Below are positions 23,763-33,154 of a stretch of DNA of 64,000 nucleotides, in pieces. A model generated the notes under the pieces. The model saw only the letters and a list, made by a program, of their open reading frames with translations. It did not search any database and was not told the DNA's origin. The DNA is from Pseudomonadota bacterium (GTDB lineage Bacteria; Pseudomonadota; Gammaproteobacteria; Steroidobacterales; JBCBZW01), in contig JBCBZW010000010.1 in the NCBI GenBank assembly GCA_039815145.1, positions 2,404 through 66,403 on the forward strand. Reading direction: 5' to 3'. The position numbers and the translations under genes were made by a program. Position 1 is the first letter of the stretch. Each line of letters starts with the position of its first letter.

Positions 23763-26700
23763 TCAGCGGAAGTCCCGCGACCGAGCGGTCAACCCGCTCA
23801 GTAGGTGACTGAAGTCCTCCAACCGTCGCGCCACCACGTGCAGCACCTTTCCCTCCCGCTGCACCGCCCCGATGACACACAGCAAGCGCGACCCCAGCAA
23901 CTCGCGCCGCTGGCGCTGTGCGATCGATGGCCACACCACGATGTTGATGCTTCCGCTGTCGTCCTCGAGGGTCACGAAGGTCACCCCACTCGCCGTGGCT
24001 GGCCGTTGCCGAGACACCACCAAACCCACCACGCGCACCAAGGTATGGTTATGCAAATCCCATAGGGCATCGCCACGGCGCACCCCCCGCTCCTCCAACT
24101 GCTCGCGGATCAACGCCACGGGATGCGACCGCAAGGACAGGCCCATGCTCGCGTAGTCGGCCACCACGTCCTCGCCCACCCGCGGTACGCGCAGCATCGG
24201 TGCGCCCTCACCGGCCGCCGGCACATCCAAGGGCGTCGGCTCCGTCACACCTGCCACTGCCCACCGCGCGAGGTGTCGGTTACCGCTGAGTCCGCTCAAG
24301 GCCCCCGCCGCCGCCAACGCTTGCAAGGCCTTCTGATCCAACGCTGCCCGCCGCGCCAGATCCTGCACATCGCGAAAGGCCTGCTGACGACGCGCCTTCA
24401 CGATGGCCTGGGCCGACACCTCCGCCAGCCCCTTCACCATCCGCAAGCCCAGACGCAACGCCGGTCCATCCGCCCCGGTTGGCAGGATCACCGGCACGTC
24501 GCCCGCCTGCTCGCCGTCGCTGGCACGTCGCTGCGGCCTCGGCGGGGTGGCGCGCGCAGCAGTCGTGGTCGTCGCCCGCTCCGACCCAACGGTGTCCCGC
24601 CCCCGCACCTCCAGCCCGCAATCCCACTCGCTCACGTGCACGTCCACCGGTCGCACCTCCACGCCGTGGCGCACCGCGTCCTGCACCAGCTGCGATGGCG
24701 CGTAAAAGCCCATCGGTTGGCTGTTCAGCAGGGCCGCCGCAAAGGCGGCCGGCTCGTAGCGTTTGAGCCAGGCGGAGACGTAAACCAGCAGGGAAAAGCT
24801 GGCCGCGTGGGACTCAGGGAAGCCGTACTCGCCAAATCCCATGATCTGCTTGAATACCTGCTCGGCGAAGGCCTCCTCGTAGCCACGCTCGCGCATGCCG
24901 TTCATGAGCTTGGCCTGAAACGGCTCCAGGCCACCGCGGCGCTTCCACGCCGCCATCGCCCGGCGCAGCTGGTCCGCCTCGCCAGGCGTGAACCCCGCCG
25001 CCACCACGGCCAGCTCCATCACCTGCTCCTGAAAGATCGGCACACCTAACGTACGCGATAGCACATAACGAACCGCGTCGCTCGGATAGCTCACGGGCTC
25101 CAAGCCGTCGCGGCGACGCAGGTAGGGATGCACCATGTCGCCCTGGATAGGCCCGGGGCGCACGATCGCCACCTCGATGACCAGGTCGTAGAAGCGCCGC
25201 GGCTTCAAGCGCGGCAGCATACTCATCTGCGCCCGCGATTCGATCTGGAACACGCCCACCGTGTCCGCCTGGCAGATCATGTCGTATACCTTGGGGTCCT
25301 CCGCCGGCACGTTGTGCAGGCCGAGCGCGCTCCCGCGCCAGCCGTTCACCATCTCGAAGGCGCGGCGAATGGCCGTGAGCATGCCGAGGCCGAGCACGTC
25401 CACCTTGAGCAACCCCAGATCTTCGAGATCATCCTTGTCCCACTGGATGACCGTGCGCTCGTCCATGGCCGCGTTCTCGACCGGCACCAGCTCCGCCAGG
25501 GGCCCCTGGGAGATGACGAAACCGCCCACGTGCTGAGAGAGGTGGCGGGGGAAACCGAGCAGCTGGCCGACCAGCACCAGCAGGCGACGAATCATGGCGG
25601 ACTCGGGATCGAAGCCCGCCTCGCGGATGTTGGAATCGTCCACGGTGCCCTGCCAGCGATCGACCGTACGCGCCAGGCGATCTACCTGCAGGGGATCGAG
25701 TCCCAACGCCTTGCCGACATCACGCACAGCGCTTCGCGCCCGGTAGGTGATCACCGTGGCCGCCAGGGCCGCGCGACCTCGACCGTACTTGCGGTAGAGG
25801 TATTGGATCACCAGCTCACGTCGCTCGTGCTCGAAGTCGACGTCGATGTCCGGCGGCTCGTTGCGCTCCTTGGAGATGAATCGCTCGAAGAGCATGTTCG
25901 AGCGCGAGGGATCGACCGAGGTGATGCCGAGGCAGTAGCAAACAGCAGAGTTAGCTGCTGAACCACGCCCCTGGCAGAGGATGCGTTGGCTGCGGGCGTA
26001 GCGCACCACATCGTGTACCGTGAGAAAGAAGGGCTCGTAGCGCAGCTCGGCGATGAGTTCCAGCTCCCGCTTCACCTGGGTCAGCACATCGTCCGATGCA
26101 CCCTCGGGCCAACGCTCGCGCATCCCCGCCAGGGTCAGCTTGCGCAGATGACTGGTAGGGGTCTCGCCCGGCGGTACCAGCTCAGCGGGGTACTCGTAGC
26201 GCAGCTCATCGAGGGAGAAGTGGCAACGCTCGGCGATCGCGACGCTCTCGCGCAGCAGGTGATCGGGATAGAAGCGCTGCAGGGACTGGATGGGCCGCAG
26301 GTGGCGCTCGCCGTTGGGGAACAGGGCGTCACCCGCCTCGGCCACGGGCGTGCCGATACGGATGGCGGTCATCGTGTCCTGCAGGGCGCGACGGCTGCGC
26401 ACGTGCATGTGCACGTCGCCCGCGGCGGTGAGGGGAATCTGGAGCCTGTCGCCCAAGGCGTCGAGGGAGGCCAGGCGCTGGCGATCGTCACCGCCGGCGT
26501 GGAGCTCAACGGCGATCCACAAGCGCCGCGCAAAGCGCTCGCGCAACCAGTGCCCCGTCGCCTCGGTGGACGCATCGAGGATGGGCGGCACCAACCAGAG
26601 CGCGAGACACCCATCGAGAGCCTCAGCCGCATCGCTGAGATCTTCGCGGTACAGGACGTAGCTGCCCTTCTCCGCACGCCGGCGCGCCCTCGTGATCAGG

Positions 26701-27035
26701 CGACAGAGTCGGCCGTAGGCAAGGCGGCACGTAGCCAGGAGCACCAGGTGCAGCGGCGGCTCGCCGTCTTCCCTGGCCGTGGTCCGAAACTCACTGCCGA
26801 CGATGATCGGCAGACCGCTCTCCTTCGCCGTAGTGTGCGCACGCACGACGCCCGCCACGGAGCACTCGTCGGTGATGGCCAGGGCACGGTAGCCGAGGGC
26901 AATCGCCTGGCGGACGAGTTCTTCGGGCTGCGACGCCCCACGCAGAAAGCTGAAGCTGCTGATGCAGTGGAGTTCGGCGTAGGCCGCCGGCGACGATGGG
27001 GGAGCAGCATTGCGCAGCGACGGCGGCTGGGACAC
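23763..27035 (-). CDS. dnaE2: Error-prone DNA polymerase III alpha paralogue DnaE2 (ImuC)
   Basis: 1090 aa. N-terminal PHP motif [17 protein letters not shown]. The length and lack of tau/beta extras are typical of DnaE2. SOS box upstream; imuA/imuB lie 3 kb away. GTG start. Confidence 0.93.
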   Translation of the reverse strand: MSQPPSLRNAAPPSSPAAYAELHCISSFSFLRGASQPEELVRQAIALGYRALAITDECSVAGVVRAHTTAKESGLPIIVGSEFRTTAREDGEPPLHLVLLATCRLAYGRLCRLITRARRRAEKGSYVLYREDLSDAAEALDGCLALWLVPPILDASTEATGHWLRERFARRLWIAVELHAGGDDRQRLASLDALGDRLQIPLTAAGDVHMHVRSRRALQDTMTAIRIGTPVAEAGDALFPNGERHLRPIQSLQRFYPDHLLRESVAIAERCHFSLDELRYEYPAELVPPGETPTSHLRKLTLAGMRERWPEGASDDVLTQVKRELELIAELRYEPFFLTVHDVVRYARSQRILCQGRGSAANSAVCYCLGITSVDPSRSNMLFERFISKERNEPPDIDVDFEHERRELVIQYLYRKYGRGRAALAATVITYRARSAVRDVGKALGLDPLQVDRLARTVDRWQGTVDDSNIREAGFDPESAMIRRLLVLVGQLLGFPRHLSQHVGGFVISQGPLAELVPVENAAMDERTVIQWDKDDLEDLGLLKVDVLGLGMLTAIRRAFEMVNGWRGSALGLHNVPAEDPKVYDMICQADTVGVFQIESRAQMSMLPRLKPRRFYDLVIEVAIVRPGPIQGDMVHPYLRRRDGLEPVSYPSDAVRYVLSRTLGVPIFQEQVMELAVVAAGFTPGEADQLRRAMAAWKRRGGLEPFQAKLMNGMRERGYEEAFAEQVFKQIMGFGEYGFPESHAASFSLLVYVSAWLKRYEPAAFAAALLNSQPMGFYAPSQLVQDAVRHGVEVRPVDVHVSEWDCGLEVRGRDTVGSERATTTTAARATPPRPQRRASDGEQAGDVPVILPTGADGPALRLGLRMVKGLAEVSAQAIVKARRQQAFRDVQDLARRAALDQKALQALAAAGALSGLSGNRHLARWAVAGVTEPTPLDVPAAGEGAPMLRVPRVGEDVVADYASMGLSLRSHPVALIREQLEERGVRRGDALWDLHNHTLVRVVGLVVSRQRPATASGVTFVTLEDDSGSINIVVWPSIAQRQRRELLGSRLLCVIGAVQREGKVLHVVARRLEDFSHLLSGLTARSRDFR

Positions 27036-27067
27036 GGCATCAGCTCGTGGCTCATGGGCAACCTTTA

Positions 27068-27083
27068 TACTGGTTATCCATCC
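27068..27083 (-). promoter_or_regulatory. LexA (SOS) box upstream of dnaE2
   Basis: CTGGTTATCCATCCAG is a CTG-N10-CAG palindrome, 33-48 nt upstream of the dnaE2 start. It has the same architecture as the two boxes upstream of lexA. Confidence 0.7.
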
Positions 27084-27270
27084 AGTACTACAATGCTGCT
27101 ACCCATCGACCGAAAGCGACGCCCTCCTTCGCCCGCGGCGGCCTTCGAGGGATCAACGCCTTAGGGCGGCCTGCTACGACCTCACCCTATCGAAACCACC
27201 CTCCTCCATCAGAAATCTCTCTCAGGCCGATCGCGCCGAGCCGCCGCTCGAGGCGCTGGCCGGGTCTCCG

Positions 27271-27421
27271 CCCAGTGTCCTGTCGGTTAAGTTCGTTGAA
27301 GAAGTCGCACGGGGCTTTTTGTTCCTAGGTGCGGCGCGACGACGAGCGTGGCAGGCCCCACGTGGGGCAAAAAGTACCCGCGAATTCTTCGACGAACTTA
27401 ACCGACCGACAGGACACTAGG
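27271..27421. mobile_element. MITE-like palindromic element, copy 1 (151 bp)
   Basis: ~50-nt imperfect terminal inverted repeats (CCCAGTGTCCTGTCGGTTAAGTTCGTTGAAGAA ... TTCTTCGACGAACTTAACCGACCGACAGGACACTAGG). The 34-nt asymmetric core GTGCGGCGCGACGACGAGCGTGGCAGGCCCCACG is identical to copy 2. Confidence 0.65.
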
Positions 27422-28760
27422 ACACGAACAGGTACGCGCCCAACACCAGGGCGGGCAAGGCGATCGCGGTACGCAAGAGAAATATCAGAAGCAGATCCCA
27501 CAACCCCAGCGGCAAGCTGGAGCGCAGCATGATCACCCCGACCTCCGACAGGAACACGAGTTGGCACACGGAAAGCCCCGCCAGCACGAAACTCGTCCGC
27601 TCGCTCTCGATGGCACCGGCCGCCAGCGCCGGCATGAACTGATCGAGGAAGCCGCTGAACAAGGCGGGTGCGGCCTGCTCCGCGGCAGGCAACCCAAGCC
27701 CCTGCAAAAGCCAGACGAAGGGCTTGCCGAGCACCACGAACACCTCCGTGTGGAACACGAGCAACGCCGCCAAAGCGGCGAGGGCCAGGGACGCACCGAT
27801 CACGACGAAGGCAAAGAACGCCAGGTTGCGCACACCACTTGCCAACAGGCCCCACAAGCCCGGCGCCTGGGCCGCGCGCTCGCGGGCCCGCCGCCAGGCG
27901 AGCTGCCACAGGCTCCCCGCTTCATCGCCGGTGGTAAGGGGAGCGGCTTCACCGTAGTAGCGAGACGACTTCCCGGCGAGCGGTGGCAGGCGCGGCAGCA
28001 CGACGGCGATCAGCAAACAGGTCGCCAGCACGGTGGCGTACCAGGGCAGGAACAGCCCTTCGATACCGGCCACGGTCGCCACCAGCAAGCTGAAGGGAAT
28101 GGACACGATGGAGAAGCACGTGGCGATCACACAGGCCTCTCGCGCGGTGTAGCGCCCACGCTCGTACTGGCCGATCGTAATCAGTAAGCCGATCGCGGAC
28201 GCGCCTACCACGGAGGCCGTCGCGTCGATCGCCGCCTGCCCGGGCAAGCGCAGCACGCGATTGAAGAAGGGGCCACAGAGCGTGCCTATGAATTCCATCA
28301 GGCCATAGTCGGTGAGCAGGGGCAGCAACAGACACGCCACCACGTAGACCATGAGCATGTTCACGCCTATATCGCGGAACACCGCACCGCCGACGGACTC
28401 TCCCTGCAGCACCTGCGGGCCGACTTGCCCCACGTAGGCGATGGCGAAGAGCACCCCCAACAGGCGCAGGATCACCCAGAGCGGTGACACCACGAAGAGC
28501 GATTGCAGGAAAGGCCGTTTAGTCAACCAGCGCCAGCGCACCACGCTCGCGAGCACGGTGGCCGCCGCCGACACGCTGATCACCGCCACCAGCAACGGCA
28601 AGGCCCCATCGGCCAACAGCTGGCGCACCCCCGAGGTGAGAATGGCGATGCCGAGCGTCACCCCGCCCTGCCAGGGCAGGGGCACGAGGAAGATGAGGGC
28701 GCCGAGAAGTGAAGGCAGCAGGAAACGTAGGGTCGACGACTCCGGCGCCTCAGTCCTCAC
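27417..28760 (-). CDS. Polytopic membrane protein, YjiH-like / nucleoside-recognition (Gate) domain family
   Basis: 447 aa with ~10-12 TM segments. The block GLMEFIGTLCGPFFNRVLRLPGQAAIDATASVVG resembles the YjiH-family Gate motif as I recall it. Overlaps the upstream AI-2E gene by 11 nt. Confidence 0.6.
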   Translation of the reverse strand: MRTEAPESSTLRFLLPSLLGALIFLVPLPWQGGVTLGIAILTSGVRQLLADGALPLLVAVISVSAAATVLASVVRWRWLTKRPFLQSLFVVSPLWVILRLLGVLFAIAYVGQVGPQVLQGESVGGAVFRDIGVNMLMVYVVACLLLPLLTDYGLMEFIGTLCGPFFNRVLRLPGQAAIDATASVVGASAIGLLITIGQYERGRYTAREACVIATCFSIVSIPFSLLVATVAGIEGLFLPWYATVLATCLLIAVVLPRLPPLAGKSSRYYGEAAPLTTGDEAGSLWQLAWRRARERAAQAPGLWGLLASGVRNLAFFAFVVIGASLALAALAALLVFHTEVFVVLGKPFVWLLQGLGLPAAEQAAPALFSGFLDQFMPALAAGAIESERTSFVLAGLSVCQLVFLSEVGVIMLRSSLPLGLWDLLLIFLLRTAIALPALVLGAYLFVS

Positions 28761-29868
28761 GTTGCTCAGCGCCCTTGCGCACTTCCTGCCCGGGGGCTGC
28801 GGGCAAGGTCATCTCGCCGTGGAACTGGGGGGTGCTGCGGTAGATGTCCAGCACCGTGACCAAGACCCCCGCCAGCACCGGCCCGAGGATGATCCCCACC
28901 GGCCCGAAGGCGCCCAGGCCGCCCAGGGTGCTGATCAAAATCATCAGGTCCGACATCTTCGTATCGCTGCCCACGAGCCGCGGGCGCAGGATGTTGTCGA
29001 TGGTGCCGACCACAAGACCGCCCCACAGGAGCAGACCGACGCCAGCCACCAGCTCGCCCTGGGCGATGAGATAGATCCCCGCCGGCCCCCAGATGATCGG
29101 CGGCCCTACCAGCGGCATCGCCGAAATCGGCACCACCAGGGCCCCCCAGAAGGCAGCGCCCTCCAGACCCGCCACCTCGAAGCCGATCCCCACCAGGAAA
29201 CCCTGCACCAGACCGATGATCAAAATCCCTTTCAGGGTGGCGCGGGTGACCGAAAGGCCCTTGTGGATGATGTGATCACGGTCCTTAGCCGTGAGGGGGA
29301 GATTGCGCAGCAACTCGTCGAACATCGACGGCCCCCACATCAAGAAGAAGAACATGGCGTAGACCATGATGAACTGCTTGAAGATGAACCCGACCGTGCC
29401 CTGCGTCGCCTTGCTGACGTACTGGACCAGGAAGCGCCCGGCGGTGCCCACCCATTGGGCGAGTTGCTCGATGGCGCGACTGGTGTAGGGCTGGAGCTGC
29501 TCAGGGATGGTGAACCACGCCGGCAAGCTGGCCAGCACCTCATCCGGGTTGCGCACCTGCTCCTCCACCCAGGGCAAGGCGACCTGACCCACGCGCACGG
29601 CCTCCACGGCCACGAGGGAGAACAGGGCCAACAAGGGCAAGCCGATGCCAACGGCAGATATCAACAACACGAGGGCCGAGGCGAGGGCCTCACGACCGCC
29701 CACCCACTTGAGCACGCGCTCGTAGAGCGGGTGGAGCAAGACACTCAACACGGCGGCCGTCGCCAGCGTCAACATGAAGGGCCGAATGATGCCTAGGAAA
29801 GCCACCAGGGCCAGCACCACCAGCACCACGATAAAGGCGTTGCGATGGTCGCGCGCGGGGGTCTGCAT
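28750..29868 (-). CDS. AI-2E family transporter (PerM/YhhT-like)
   Basis: 372 aa, polytopic. Characteristic C-terminal block GTIDNILRPRLVGSDTKMSDLMILISTLGGLGAFGPVGIILGPV. Confidence 0.8.
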   Translation of the reverse strand: MQTPARDHRNAFIVVLVVLALVAFLGIIRPFMLTLATAAVLSVLLHPLYERVLKWVGGREALASALVLLISAVGIGLPLLALFSLVAVEAVRVGQVALPWVEEQVRNPDEVLASLPAWFTIPEQLQPYTSRAIEQLAQWVGTAGRFLVQYVSKATQGTVGFIFKQFIMVYAMFFFLMWGPSMFDELLRNLPLTAKDRDHIIHKGLSVTRATLKGILIIGLVQGFLVGIGFEVAGLEGAAFWGALVVPISAMPLVGPPIIWGPAGIYLIAQGELVAGVGLLLWGGLVVGTIDNILRPRLVGSDTKMSDLMILISTLGGLGAFGPVGIILGPVLAGVLVTVLDIYRSTPQFHGEMTLPAAPGQEVRKGAEQRED

Positions 29869-30014
29869 GCGCGGGAGATCCTCTAGAAGAACGGGTCTGG
29901 CACCAAGCCTAGCAGCTCTTGCGCCTAGGGAAGCTCTGCATAAGTCCGGTCGCCAGCCCCTTGCGTCCAGCGGGGATGGTGGGCGGACTTGTGCAGAGAT
30001 TCCCTAGTGGGCCC

Positions 30015-31586
30015 TCAAGCGAAGATCCCCTGTAGGAACCACTCACCGCTACGGCAATCGCGATATACCCAGAGCTGCTCGCCCTGCGCATCTCTCGCCA
30101 CGAAGTAGTCGCGGCGGACATCCGCCCCGTCCCACCAACCGCTCTCGATGCGCTCCGGCCCCTGGGTCAGGGTCAGCACGCCGTGGCGCCGCGGCCCTTG
30201 CGTCCGCCGATCGACCGTCAGCGGCTCCGACTCGCGCAGAATCCAAAGGGGGCGTTGACGGGCCAGGGGTGCCGTCGCCCGCGTACCCGGCTCCACGCTG
30301 TGCCACGCAGCCTCGGGGCGGTGGTCCGCCACCTGCGCGAGGCCGTGCACACGCCGTTCCCCAAGGCGCGTGCGCAGGCGTTCGAGCAGACGCTGCGCAT
30401 CCTCTTCCACCCGCGGTGCACGGTCGAACAGATCCCCATTCCCCGTCTGCTGCGTACAGACCTCCAGCGCGTGCAGCTCCAGCTCCAGCACCGGGGCCTC
30501 CACGCGCTGCTGATCCAAGCGTTCGCGCAATAGATCCATCAGGTAATGGCGATCGGTCACGGGGGTGCTCAAGCCGAGGGTGAGCGCCTGGACGTTACGG
30601 TTCTCCAGCAGTAGATCCACACGTAAGCGGCGCACGGCTGCCTGGCGCGCGATGAGGAAACCCTCGAGCTCGCCCAACAGGCGTTCCAGAGCGATCTCGA
30701 GCAGTGCGGTGGCCTCCATCGGCGCCGGCAGTTCGAAGCGAGTCGAGAAGGCCAGAGGGGCCCGCCAGGGCGTCACCGGGTCAGGCACCCGGCCCAGGGC
30801 GCGGTCGAGCGCTTGTAGGCGCGCCTTGCCGAAGCGTCGAGCGAACCCCCCGCGGGGCAAGCGCAGGCAGTCGGCCAGGCGGCGCACGCCCATGCCCTGC
30901 AATCGCTCCACAGTCTTCTCTGGCCAGCGCAGACACTGAAGATCGAGGGTGCCCAACGCGCTGGTCAATTTATCCTCGTAGAAGACCGCATGCTCACGGC
31001 GATCGCGCCCGAGCCACACGGCGGCCTGAGGTGTCGGCGCTAGCGAGAGGACGGCTGAATACCCCAACTCTTCCTGCAATCCCTGGCGAATACGTGCGGA
31101 CAAGCGTCGGTAGCCACCGAACAGGCGGAAGCTGCCCCGCACCTCCAGCAGCAGGGCATCCGGTGCCGAGATGCTCAACACGGAGGTGAACCGTGTGGCC
31201 CAGGCGGCGAGGCGCTCCAGCGTCACCTCCACCCGTCGAGCATCGAAGGCCCGAGTCAGCAACCAGGGGGACAGGGCGTAAGCCGCGTTCAGCCCCATGC
31301 CGCAATGGATGCCCGCACGTTGCGCCGCCCCGTTGAGATCGACCACCACACCTTGCGCGCCCACGCCATCCACCACCACCAAGGGCGTGTCCCCATCCCC
31401 CTGCGCGCGGCCGGCACACTCCAGGGCCAGGTGCGGGAAACGCACGCATAACCACAGCCGCTCGGGTAAGGCCGCACGCGACTCCCTGTCGGGAGCGCCC
31501 GGCGACACCACCGCCGCCGGCGGCGGCGTCGGGGACGGTGTGGCCGAGGGTTGCCGCCCCGGCGCAATCGGCTCCTCGCCAGACAT
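30015..31586 (-). CDS. imuB: ImuB, Y-family-polymerase-like SOS mutagenesis protein
   Basis: 523 aa. LWLCVRFPHLALE-type N-terminus. Lies directly downstream of imuA. Confidence 0.85.
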   Translation of the reverse strand: MSGEEPIAPGRQPSATPSPTPPPAAVVSPGAPDRESRAALPERLWLCVRFPHLALECAGRAQGDGDTPLVVVDGVGAQGVVVDLNGAAQRAGIHCGMGLNAAYALSPWLLTRAFDARRVEVTLERLAAWATRFTSVLSISAPDALLLEVRGSFRLFGGYRRLSARIRQGLQEELGYSAVLSLAPTPQAAVWLGRDRREHAVFYEDKLTSALGTLDLQCLRWPEKTVERLQGMGVRRLADCLRLPRGGFARRFGKARLQALDRALGRVPDPVTPWRAPLAFSTRFELPAPMEATALLEIALERLLGELEGFLIARQAAVRRLRVDLLLENRNVQALTLGLSTPVTDRHYLMDLLRERLDQQRVEAPVLELELHALEVCTQQTGNGDLFDRAPRVEEDAQRLLERLRTRLGERRVHGLAQVADHRPEAAWHSVEPGTRATAPLARQRPLWILRESEPLTVDRRTQGPRRHGVLTLTQGPERIESGWWDGADVRRDYFVARDAQGEQLWVYRDCRSGEWFLQGIFA

Positions 31587-31598
31587 AGGGCAGATCGA

Positions 31599-32297
31599 TC
31601 AGGTGGGATAGGGACAGCGAACGCGCCCTGGCCGCGTCCCCCGACACTTCACGATGTCTACGTCGATCCCTGCGCAGGAGAACGGTGTCGGGTCAACTGC
31701 CAGGCGCAGGGCGGCCGGCGACGGTGTCGAGCGATGGCGCTGATCGCGAAAGGCGACGCCCCAGGCACGCCCCTCCTGCGCGGCGAGTTGCAGCCGGCGC
31801 AGGCCGCGATCGTCCACCCGTGAAAACCATCCGAGCACGGCGGCACACAAGCCAGAGCGCAAGGTCTGCTCCGCTGCCCACAGGGCCTGCTTATCGCCTT
31901 GGGCCGTGGCCTCGACCTCCACCACGAGCACACGCTCCAGACTGATCCCCGCAGCGGCCAACGCTGGGGCATAGGGCACATGCGGCGGCGCGACCCACGC
32001 GATCCACGCGTTCTCACGCTTCGCGTCGGTGAGCTGCGCCAGCGCCGGCAGCAACAGGGTCAGCTCGCCGAGGCCAGTCCTGCTGACCAACACTTCCGTT
32101 AGGGCCCCGACGGGCCAGCCACCGCCGGGCAACCTCTCATCCAATGCGCACCAGCCGGTGGGCAAGGTGGACAGGCGGTGGGGCGCCTGGGTCTGGCGAC
32201 CGCGCCAGATGCGGGTGTCAGCCAGTAAGTTGGCCACCTCGTCGCCACAGGTCAGCGCATCAGCATTCGGCGGCGGTGAGAGGCCATCGGCAGGCAT
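31599..32297 (-). CDS. imuA: ImuA, RecA/SulA-like SOS mutagenesis protein
   Basis: 232 aa. Contains IWRGRQ ... LPTGWCALDERLPGGGWPVGALTEVL ... GLGELTLLLPALAQL, the typical ImuA core. 46 nt downstream of lexA with no box in between. Confidence 0.8.
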   Translation of the reverse strand: MPADGLSPPPNADALTCGDEVANLLADTRIWRGRQTQAPHRLSTLPTGWCALDERLPGGGWPVGALTEVLVSRTGLGELTLLLPALAQLTDAKRENAWIAWVAPPHVPYAPALAAAGISLERVLVVEVEATAQGDKQALWAAEQTLRSGLCAAVLGWFSRVDDRGLRRLQLAAQEGRAWGVAFRDQRHRSTPSPAALRLAVDPTPFSCAGIDVDIVKCRGTRPGRVRCPYPT

Positions 32298-32343
32298 GGT
32301 AGGTGGTATCGCTCTGCCGGTGCGGCGGCGCGGGGCTCAGCGC

Positions 32344-32949
32344 TCAGTGGGTCCGGATGATGCCGACCACCACGCCTTCGATCACCAGCTCTTGTTCAGC
32401 AAGGTCGACGGTGATCGGCTCGAATTCTGGATTCTCCGGCAACAGCCACACCACCTTGCCCTTCTGCCGATAGCGCTTCACGGTGACCTCATCATCCAAG
32501 CGCGCCACCACAATCTGGCTGCTGCGCACCTCCGGCGTGCGGTGGACGGCCACGAGATCCCCATCGAGGATGCCGGCATCGCGCATGCTCATGCCGCAGA
32601 CCTGCAACAGGTAATGGGGTTGGGGGTGGAACAGATCGGGATCGATGCGGTAACGCCCCTCGATGTGCTCCTCCGCGAGGATCGGCGCACCGGCCGCGAC
32701 CCTGCCGACCAGAGGCAATCCCATCTGATTAGTAATTTGCTTAGCCTTGAGCTGGATGCCGCGTGATGCACCAGGCACCAACTCGATCACCCCCTTGCGC
32801 TGCAAGGCTCGCAGGTGGTCCTCCGCGGCGTTGGGGCGGAAGCCCAACTCCTCGGCGATCTCTGCCCGCGTGGGGGGAATACCCGTCTCCTCGATCACCC
32901 GTTCGATGAGCGCCAGGATCTCGGCCTGGCGGGGAGTGAGTTCGTCCAT
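32344..32949 (-). CDS. lexA: LexA repressor (S24 peptidase)
   Basis: 201 aa from the ATG at 32949 (the ORF-track N-terminal extension is rejected). w[27 protein letters not shown], cleavage site VAAGAP, catalytic Ser in CGMSM, Lys in VTVKRY. Two SOS boxes upstream. Confidence 0.93.
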   Translation of the reverse strand: MDELTPRQAEILALIERVIEETGIPPTRAEIAEELGFRPNAAEDHLRALQRKGVIELVPGASRGIQLKAKQITNQMGLPLVGRVAAGAPILAEEHIEGRYRIDPDLFHPQPHYLLQVCGMSMRDAGILDGDLVAVHRTPEVRSSQIVVARLDDEVTVKRYRQKGKVVWLLPENPEFEPITVDLAEQELVIEGVVVGIIRTH

Positions 32950-32960
32950 GGGTGGCACAC

Positions 32961-32976
32961 CTGTATGCATTACCAG
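32961..32976 (-). promoter_or_regulatory. LexA (SOS) box 1 upstream of lexA
   Basis: CTGTATGCATTACCAG fits CTGT-N8-(A/C)CAG. It lies 12 nt upstream of the lexA ATG. Confidence 0.75.
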
Positions 32977-32978
32977 AG

Positions 32979-32994
32979 CTGTGATTATATCCAG
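32979..32994 (-). promoter_or_regulatory. LexA (SOS) box 2 upstream of lexA
   Basis: CTGTGATTATATCCAG, 2 nt from box 1. Tandem boxes are the classical lexA autoregulation layout in E. coli. Confidence 0.75.
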
Positions 32995-33154
32995 CTGATC
33001 GGCGGTGGCAATGGCAGGCGTTCTCCATCCCCTCGAAAAGCGCTGGCCGCTTGAATCTACGACATAAATTTCAAAGTTGGGAAAAACGACCCAAATTTGT
33101 TGACCTCGCTCCCTGAGTCCTTGATGATGCGCTGAAGAGAGACTGGCCACCGAT

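Noticed and set aside
27010-27420. 136-aa plus-strand ORF spanning the dnaE2 upstream region and the MITE. A 132-aa minus-strand ORF (35916-36314) similarly covers MITE copy 2.
   Set aside because: These read through a palindromic repeat and an SOS operator. They have no RBS and are not conserved between the two copies in frame. They are non-coding.
29869-30014. I searched for an SOS box or terminator between imuB and the AI-2E transporter gene. CTGGCACCAAGCCTAGCAG caught my eye.
   Set aside because: Its spacing is CTG-N13-CAG, not N10, and it is not palindromic. No convincing hairpin plus T-run is present either, so I call no feature there.
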